Source of the DNA: Acidobacteriota bacterium
Lineage (GTDB): Bacteria; Acidobacteriota; UBA6911; RPQK01; JAJDTT01
Length of the DNA stretch: 64,000 bases
Assembly (NCBI GenBank): GCA_965217775.1
Contig: CBDCJH010000002.1
Span: 5,952,001 to 6,016,000, forward strand
Reading direction: 5' to 3'
Shown: one piece after another, positions 57,872 through 64,000 of the stretch
How positions within the stretch are numbered: the stretch's first letter is position 1
Layout of the letters: every line of letters starts with the position of its first letter
The notes under the pieces: generated by a model
The model's database searches: none
Told to the model about the DNA's origin: nothing
What the model saw: only the letters and a program-made list of their open reading frames with translations
Translations under genes and position numbers: made by a program

Positions 57872-58948
57872 CTATCCCGGGACCGAGTAATGGGCCAGAA
57901 CCTCCCGGTCCAACTCCAGGCCATGGCCCGGCCGGTCGGGCGCGATGGCGTAGCCGTCTTCGAAACGGATCGGCTCTTGGGCCAGGACGTTCCACATCAG
58001 GTCGGAAAACTCCATGTAGAGGCATTCGGGGAAGCTCACCGCCGCGTGGACTCCGGTCTCCAGAGGAGTGTTCCCCAGCGAGACGGGAATCCCGTAATCG
58101 CCCGCCAGCCGGGCGGCCGTGCGCGACTCGGAGATGGAAGTATGCACGTTGAGAACGTCTACGGCGGTCGCTTCCAACAGGCGCCGCTTCCCGGAAAAGC
58201 CCAAATATTCGCCGGTGTTGATCCGGGTGAATGGAATCTCGGCGCAGAGCATGCGGTAACCGTCCAGATCGTTGCGGTCGATGGGGTCCTCCATCCAGTA
58301 GATTTCGAACCCCTCGTCGCGGTAGCGGTGAAGTCTCAGCAGGGCCTCCTTGGGAGACCAGGCCTCGTTGGAATCGATCATGAGGTCGGGTTCGGGTCCC
58401 ATCTCCTGGCGGGCGATGGTCATCCGGGCCAGATCCCAGGCCACGTCGGGGTGGCCCACCTTAATCTTCATGGCCTTGAATCCCTGCTCCCGAAACCGGA
58501 TCAGCTTGGCCCGGAACTCGTCGTCCGTCAGATGGAAGTCGAGGGTGCTCCCGTAGGCCCGAACCCGGGACCGGGTCCCGCCCAGGAGCCGGTAGAGGGG
58601 GAGATCCAAATGCTTGGCCATCAGGTCCCAGAGCGCCGTCTCCACGACGAGACCGAAGGGAGAGGCGCCGACGTTTCCTCCCCTGGGCCGATCGATGCGG
58701 TTGGCCACGGTGAAGGGGTTCGAGCCCCGGAGGGCGGGCCAGGTCTGGAATTCGAATTGTTCCTTCAGTTCCTTCAGGGCCGCCGGAGGCATACCCTGCT
58801 GGATCTGGAACCCGACCCCCCTCAGGCCGGTGTCGGTCTCCAACTCCAGAATCGAGCCCCAGTGATCCACGAAGGAGACCTGAGAATCGCCGATGGGGTG
58901 GGGCAGTGGGAGATGAACTCTGTGGATGTCGTATTGTTTCAGGTTCAT
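57872..58948 (-). CDS. Mandelate racemase/muconate lactonizing enzyme family protein
   Basis: ALWDLMAK, KIKVG, IDSNE, WMEDP, TGEY, PDRPGHG. Confidence 0.9.
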   Translation of the reverse strand: MNLKQYDIHRVHLPLPHPIGDSQVSFVDHWGSILELETDTGLRGVGFQIQQGMPPAALKELKEQFEFQTWPALRGSNPFTVANRIDRPRGGNVGASPFGLVVETALWDLMAKHLDLPLYRLLGGTRSRVRAYGSTLDFHLTDDEFRAKLIRFREQGFKAMKIKVGHPDVAWDLARMTIARQEMGPEPDLMIDSNEAWSPKEALLRLHRYRDEGFEIYWMEDPIDRNDLDGYRMLCAEIPFTRINTGEYLGFSGKRRLLEATAVDVLNVHTSISESRTAARLAGDYGIPVSLGNTPLETGVHAAVSFPECLYMEFSDLMWNVLAQEPIRFEDGYAIAPDRPGHGLELDREVLAHYSVPG

Positions 58949-60430
58949 TCAACTTCCTTGAAAGTAGGAGACGATGACACGGACGCCCAGTGAGAACATG
59001 ACGGTGCCGGCGACAGCGGTGGCCAGTCTCAGTTTCCAACTCATGCGCAGTGGGGGCGGCAGCCGGTACCGGTCGGCCCAGATCATGGCGAAGCACCAGA
59101 GTCCGCAGGCGGCGATTCCGCCGCTCACCACTCCGGTGAAGGTGATGCGGCCGAGCACGTCGCCGGCGATCTCCTTGGGGAGCCAGACCAGCAGCAATCC
59201 GCCCAGAAAGCAGTAGGAAATGGTCACCGTTCGCAGGGACTTGAAAAAAGGTCGGTCCACGAAACGGGGAAAGAGGCTGCGCACCCCCTCCGAGATGACG
59301 CGGGAGTAGACTTCGAAAGCCCCGTAGAGGGTCCCGATGAAGGCCAGGAAGACGCCCACCCGGTAGAGCCACTTGAGTTGGGGATGCAGAGCGGTCAGGA
59401 AGGACTCCTGGACGGTCAGGAACTCGCTGCCGTCGGGAATCGCCCGGTTCGGATTCAACACCATGGCTCCCAGTACGGCGAACAGCAGGGTCACCAGGAT
59501 GACGAAGGTGAAGGAGAGGGTGGTGTCCAGCAGCGGCGCCCGGGTCCAGACGCGGGCCCGCTCGACCACCTCCGAGGCGGAGTTCCGCGCGGCCTCGGCC
59601 AGTTCCCGGCGGCCGGCGACGCGAATCCCCGCCAAGCCCCATTTCTTCTCCCTCAGGAACCCGATGTAGCCCACGTAGTCCTGGGTGCCTCCTCCCACCG
59701 CTCCGATGTAGAGCAAGATCTCCAGCCAGGGGCTGCGCCCGGAAAAGGTCTCGGAATATTTCTCCAGGACCCAGGGCTGGTAGTCAGTGACCCGGGGCAG
59801 GAAAAGCCCCCGGAGCAGGTCGGGAATGTCGGGCCCCAGGACCACCACGGCCGAAGCGATGCACAGCACCATGATTCCCAGGATCACGGTGGAGAGACGC
59901 TCCACGATGTCGTACGTGGAGATCAGGGCCAGGACCAGGCAGACGGTCAGCACCACCGTCGCCCAGAAATTGAGCCAGAATTCCAGATGTTGCCAGGGAC
60001 CGACGTCGGCTCCCACCACGGCCCCGCCCAGAAGCCGGTGAATGAAGGTCGCCAAGATCTCGGACAACGCCGAAAATCCCACCAGCATAAGCATGATCGC
60101 CGGTACGACGATGAGCAGGGGAAACGCCATGCCCACCACCGGCATGGAGCACCAGGTCGTCATCGGATGCTCACCGGTCAGGACGATGTGCCGGGAGGCG
60201 GTGTAGACCTGGATCCCCTTGAAGATGCCGGCGTAGAGAAAACACCAGAGCATTCCGTAGCCGAAGATGGCGCCGCTCCGGGAGGCGAAGACCAGCTCGC
60301 CGCTGGCGATGGTCACCGAGGCGATGATGACGCCGGGCCCCACGAAGACCCAGAGCGAGGAGAGGGTGGGACGCTGCAGCAGCGGCGGCGGGGATGGATA
60401 GACGTGCGGGTCCGACTCGGGCCGTTTCAC
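58949..60430 (-). CDS. Nramp-like (YcsG-type) membrane transporter
   Basis: GPGVIIASVTIASGEL...GAIFGY, ~11 hydrophobic segments. Confidence 0.75.
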   Translation of the reverse strand: MKRPESDPHVYPSPPPLLQRPTLSSLWVFVGPGVIIASVTIASGELVFASRSGAIFGYGMLWCFLYAGIFKGIQVYTASRHIVLTGEHPMTTWCSMPVVGMAFPLLIVVPAIMLMLVGFSALSEILATFIHRLLGGAVVGADVGPWQHLEFWLNFWATVVLTVCLVLALISTYDIVERLSTVILGIMVLCIASAVVVLGPDIPDLLRGLFLPRVTDYQPWVLEKYSETFSGRSPWLEILLYIGAVGGGTQDYVGYIGFLREKKWGLAGIRVAGRRELAEAARNSASEVVERARVWTRAPLLDTTLSFTFVILVTLLFAVLGAMVLNPNRAIPDGSEFLTVQESFLTALHPQLKWLYRVGVFLAFIGTLYGAFEVYSRVISEGVRSLFPRFVDRPFFKSLRTVTISYCFLGGLLLVWLPKEIAGDVLGRITFTGVVSGGIAACGLWCFAMIWADRYRLPPPLRMSWKLRLATAVAGTVMFSLGVRVIVSYFQGS

Positions 60431-60431
60431 G

Positions 60432-61715
60432 TCAGCGCCGCTTCCTCAGGTCCAGGCATGCGATGTGGTGATGGTCACGGGCATAGATCCGTCCTCCCGC
60501 CAACGCCGGCGGGCTCCAGGCCCGGTGCTGGAGAATCTTCTTCATGCCCGTCTGCCGGTAACCCTCCGGTGTGGCTTGCACCATGGCGATGTGACCCTGT
60601 TCTCCCAGGACGATGAGGTGGCCCTGAGCCGCGATCAGGGAACCCTTGCCCACGCTCCGATGGGCCCAGAGGACCTCCCCGTCCGTCAGCCGCATGCACT
60701 TGAGGACCGAATTGTCGAACCCGTAGAGGTATTCTCCCACCAAGACGCACCCGTTGTAGTGGTTCTGCATGGTCTCCTGGGTCCAGACGAACTTGGACTG
60801 CACGGTGTCGCCCTTCGGGGTCAGACGCAGGAGGCCGCTTCCGGTTCCCCGTCCCGAGGAGATGAACAGGAACGGACTGGCGAAGATGGGGGTGGCGATG
60901 TTCATGTCCGAGGTGGTCCGCCACTCATGCTTCCAATGGAGCGTCCCGTCTCGCGGCGACAGGCCCATGATGGCGCGTCCCCCGAAGAAGACGACCTCCC
61001 GGATGCCGCCCACGGTGATGGCGATGGGGGAGGAGTAGCCGGCCACCTCGTCCAGCGCCTTCCAGATCACCTTCCCCGTCTCCTTGTCGAAGGCAACAAC
61101 GGAAGCTCCCGGGGCTCCCACGTTGACCAGGAGCATGTTCTCTTCCACCAGAGGAGAGGTGGAAACGCCCCAGGTCAGGTTCTCAGCATCCATCTCTTCC
61201 AGGATCTCTCGTTTCCAGATAACCCTTCCTGAGCGCTTGTCCAGACAGAGCAGCGTTCCCGTCGCTCCCAGGGCATAGACCCGCGGACCGTCGACGGTGG
61301 GCGTCGAGCGGGCACCGTTGCCCCCTTGGTATTCCTTGTACGAATCCGCCGACAGCACCTTCCAGAGTTCCAGTCCGGTGCCCGTATCCAGGCACACGAC
61401 CCACTCCTGATCGTTCCGGTCGATCATGGTGTAGAGGCGTCCCTGGGAGACGGAGATCGAAGAAAAACCCTCGCCTCCTTCCACCTTCCAGACCAGGGGC
61501 GGACCCGGCTGGGACCAGGCGGTGATGATCCCTTGTTCTCGGGAGATCCCGTCGCGGGCCGGGCCGCGCCATTGGGGCCAGTCGGCGGCGGCGAGCTCCG
61601 CTGCCGTCAGGAAAAGCGCAGGCGGCGCGAAGAAAATCAGTGCAAGGAGAGTTCTGTTCCAGGTCTTCATCAGGTGTCTCCGATCCGTATCTCCCACCAC
61701 CCGTCCGATTCTCAT
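60432..61715 (-). CDS. PQQ-binding-like beta-propeller repeat protein (start 61715 or 61670)
   Basis: DWPQWRGP, repeated LD..TG..LW motifs, STP, YSSP, WSPPALAGGRIYAR. Confidence 0.88.
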   Translation of the reverse strand: MRIGRVVGDTDRRHLMKTWNRTLLALIFFAPPALFLTAAELAAADWPQWRGPARDGISREQGIITAWSQPGPPLVWKVEGGEGFSSISVSQGRLYTMIDRNDQEWVVCLDTGTGLELWKVLSADSYKEYQGGNGARSTPTVDGPRVYALGATGTLLCLDKRSGRVIWKREILEEMDAENLTWGVSTSPLVEENMLLVNVGAPGASVVAFDKETGKVIWKALDEVAGYSSPIAITVGGIREVVFFGGRAIMGLSPRDGTLHWKHEWRTTSDMNIATPIFASPFLFISSGRGTGSGLLRLTPKGDTVQSKFVWTQETMQNHYNGCVLVGEYLYGFDNSVLKCMRLTDGEVLWAHRSVGKGSLIAAQGHLIVLGEQGHIAMVQATPEGYRQTGMKKILQHRAWSPPALAGGRIYARDHHHIACLDLRKRR

Positions 61716-62134
61716 GACGTGTCGCCCGGATTCCGATGTTGGACACGGGACCGGCCCCGATGGACGGCCGGCGGTTCGCCCTCCAGGTAGGTGGTCCCCA
61801 GAAAGGGGTCCTTGACGGGAAAGAAGGCCATGATCCGGGCCACTCCGGGACCGACGTTGGTGAATCCGTGGGGGGTGCGGGCGGGGACGACGACCGTGTG
61901 GTCGGGACCGACCCGATGCGTTTCGGAGCCCAGGCGGAACTCCAAGGTCCCCTCCTGGACCACGATGAACTCCTCGGCCTCGTGAAAATGAAGCGGCGCC
62001 CCGGCCCCCGTTCCCACCAGGGCCCAGGAAACGCTGCTGGTGGTGGTTCCGTCCCCGTCGCGGGTGATGTCGTAGCTCCGGTAGTTGGGTCTCCAAGCCT
62101 TCTCGGGCAGGCTGCGGTGCTCTACTATGGGCAT
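61712..62134 (-). CDS. Cupin domain protein
   Basis: PLHFHEAEE...EG, VPARTPHGFTN; ATGA overlap with next gene. Confidence 0.88.
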   Translation of the reverse strand: MPIVEHRSLPEKAWRPNYRSYDITRDGDGTTTSSVSWALVGTGAGAPLHFHEAEEFIVVQEGTLEFRLGSETHRVGPDHTVVVPARTPHGFTNVGPGVARIMAFFPVKDPFLGTTYLEGEPPAVHRGRSRVQHRNPGDTS

Positions 62135-62199
62135 GGGTCTCGGCTCCCTTTCGGCTCCTGGGATTGTAGCCGACCCGCCGCTGGAAGAGAATCCGCGAC

Positions 62200-63789
62200 A
62201 TGTCTAAAACCACTGCCGGGAACTTGGTCGACTGCCTGTTGAAATGCGGGGTACGCTACTTGTTCACCCTGTCCGGGAATCAGATCCTCTCCCTCTACGA
62301 CGCCACCATCGGCCGGGACCTGGAACTGATCCACACCCGCCACGAGGCGGCCGCGGTGCACATGGCCGATGCGTGGGGCCGGTTGCAGGAAACACCAGGG
62401 GTCGCCGTAGTGACGGCGGGACCCGGGCACTGTAACTCCGTCGGAGCCCTCTACGTGGCGCAACAGGCCGAGTCGCCTCTGGTCCTCATCAGCGGACACT
62501 CGCCCCTGAGCCAGTTGGGGAAGGGCGCCTTCCAGGAGATGGACCAGATCGCCATCGCCGACCCCGTGACCAAGGCATCCTGGCGGGTCGATTCCCCGGA
62601 ATGGGCGGGAGCCGCGCTGGAGCAGGCTCTTGCTCTGGCCGGCTCGGGGAGGCCGGGGCCGGTTCATCTCAGCGTCCCCAGCGATGTCCTGTCGTCGAAG
62701 GTCGTGTTCCCTGAAAACATCAGTCCTCAACCGGATCCGTGCGAGTCCATTAAAAAGGATGAAGCGGAGCATGTGCTTCGGCTTCTGGCCAGGGCCCGGA
62801 GGCCTCTCCTGTTGGCCGGCGCCGCCATGTCCCGGCCGCTGCGGTGGCGGGCGGTCATGAAACTCTCCGGTGCCTGTGGCGCGCCGGCCCTCAAGATGGA
62901 GAGTCCCCGGGGCGTCAACGACCCCAGACTCTATGGGGCATCCCGTCTGCTGGGCCGCGCCGACCTGGTGCTGCTCTTCGGGAAGGCTCTGGACTTCGCC
63001 CTCCGCTTCGGCGGGCCTCCCTTCGCGCCCGATTGCAGGTTCGTCGGCATCGGCTCGGAGGAAAGCCTCGCGGTGGCCCAATCCAGGATGACGCTGAGTC
63101 TGCGGGCCGACCCCGTCGCGTCAGCCTTGTCACTGGCGCGCCAGTTGCACACAAACGGCTCCGCCTTCGATTCCTGGCGCCACGCCGTCGAATCGGGCCG
63201 CTCGGAGAGGCCGGACCCGTGGAAACGGTGGCGATCATCCTCGAAGAGTCCCATGCATCCTCTCCGCCTCTGCGCAGGCCTCCGGCCGTTCCTGACCGAC
63301 GGCGCCGTGGTGGTGAGCGACGGAGGCGAGTTCGGTCAGTGGGCGCAAGCCGGACTCGACTCCCGGGTGGGCCTGATCAACGGTCCCTCGGGCGCCATCG
63401 GAAGCGCCATCCCCATGGCGCTGGCCTGCAAGCTGGCCCGGCCCGAGCAACCGGTCTTCGCCTTGCTGGGGGACGGGACCTTCGGATACCACGCCCTGGA
63501 ATTCGATACGGCCCTACGTTATGGGCTTCCCATTGTCGCCGTCGTGGGCAACGACGCGCGCTGGAACGCCGAATACCAACTCCAGTTGGACCATTACGGG
63601 CCCGAGCGAACCGTGGGCTGCGAGCTTCTTCCCACCCGTTATGACCAAGTGGTCGAGGCTCTGGGCGGCCACGGAGAGTGGGTGTCGGAGCCGGAACAGC
63701 TCGAACCGGCGCTGGAACGAGCCCTCGATTCGGGTCTCCCCGCCTGTGTGAACGTCGCCATCAAGGGCGTGAAAGCTCCTACGTTCTAA
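62200..63789 (+). CDS. Thiamine pyrophosphate-binding protein (acetolactate synthase/2-hydroxyacyl-CoA lyase-like)
   Basis: RHEAAA, TAGPG, GAFQE, RPGPV, GDGTFG...N TPP motif. Confidence 0.92.
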   Translation: MSKTTAGNLVDCLLKCGVRYLFTLSGNQILSLYDATIGRDLELIHTRHEAAAVHMADAWGRLQETPGVAVVTAGPGHCNSVGALYVAQQAESPLVLISGHSPLSQLGKGAFQEMDQIAIADPVTKASWRVDSPEWAGAALEQALALAGSGRPGPVHLSVPSDVLSSKVVFPENISPQPDPCESIKKDEAEHVLRLLARARRPLLLAGAAMSRPLRWRAVMKLSGACGAPALKMESPRGVNDPRLYGASRLLGRADLVLLFGKALDFALRFGGPPFAPDCRFVGIGSEESLAVAQSRMTLSLRADPVASALSLARQLHTNGSAFDSWRHAVESGRSERPDPWKRWRSSSKSPMHPLRLCAGLRPFLTDGAVVVSDGGEFGQWAQAGLDSRVGLINGPSGAIGSAIPMALACKLARPEQPVFALLGDGTFGYHALEFDTALRYGLPIVAVVGNDARWNAEYQLQLDHYGPERTVGCELLPTRYDQVVEALGGHGEWVSEPEQLEPALERALDSGLPACVNVAIKGVKAPTF

Positions 63790-63816
63790 GTCGTTTTTCG
63801 AGCCTCCCCGGCATTC

Positions 63817-63846
63817 TTGACCCCCTCTTCGGGGCCGGGATAGACT
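63817..63846 (+). promoter_or_regulatory. Putative sigma70 promoter
   Basis: TTGACC-18 bp-TAGACT, 8 nt upstream of ATG 63855. Confidence 0.5.
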
Positions 63847-63854
63847 GCGCCCTC

Positions 63855-64000
63855 ATGAATTCCGATTCCCTGCAGGAGCAGGCCCGGTCCCGGTGCGAAG
63901 AATTGGACGCGCACGTCCGGGCCATGGTCCAGTGGCATTTCGATCCCGAGACCGGATGTCCCTTCTGGCTCGACTGGGCCGGCAAGGCGGACTGGGATCC
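63855..64000 (+). CDS. EhpF/phenylacetate-CoA-ligase-like protein, N-terminus only (runs off window)
   Basis: MNSDSLQEQ...VQWHFDPETGCPFWLDW. Confidence 0.55.
   Translation, partial: MNSDSLQEQARSRCEELDAHVRAMVQWHFDPETGCPFWLDWAGKADWD

Noticed and set aside
1-64000. Numerous long overlapping/antisense ORFs in the track (e.g. 3501-5036, 10628-12115, 40929-42365, 46911-48359)
   Set aside because: Shadow ORFs expected from high GC3 codon usage; each overlaps a gene with clear family motifs
1-64000. CRISPR array, tRNA, rRNA, riboswitch
   Set aside because: No regularly spaced repeats or recognisable RNA gene motifs seen by eye; a covariance search could still find small RNAs

Overview
GC-rich (roughly mid-60s % by eye) bacterial window. 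Gene content (DUF1501/DUF1553 pair, many Tat-exported oxidoreductases and enolase-family enzymes, Asp-box beta-propellers) suggests an Acidobacteriota/PVC-like heterotroph; this host assignment is inference only. Most of the window is carbohydrate/acid/amide catabolism plus housekeeping genes (nhaA, amt, lon). Accessory signals: (i) a 7.4-kb lower-GC single-gene island encoding a 2471-aa putative anti-phage protein (Mrr-like nuclease - TPR - GreA/B-C-like - PIN, apparently fused to a second PIN-bearing module); (ii) two unrelated-looking families of ~161-bp TA-flanked palindromic elements (three copies in total) that share length and an exactly central ATA(S)-N5-(S)TATG hairpin; (iii) an orphan MAD3/MAD4-like ATPase + partner pair whose second gene is inactivated; (iv) a decaying TonB-dependent receptor locus with three consecutive broken genes; (v) an orphan DinJ/RelB antitoxin remnant and GTAG-type REP sequences. 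No rRNA, tRNA, CRISPR array, integrase or transposase was seen. All family calls are from motif recognition by eye, not database searches.
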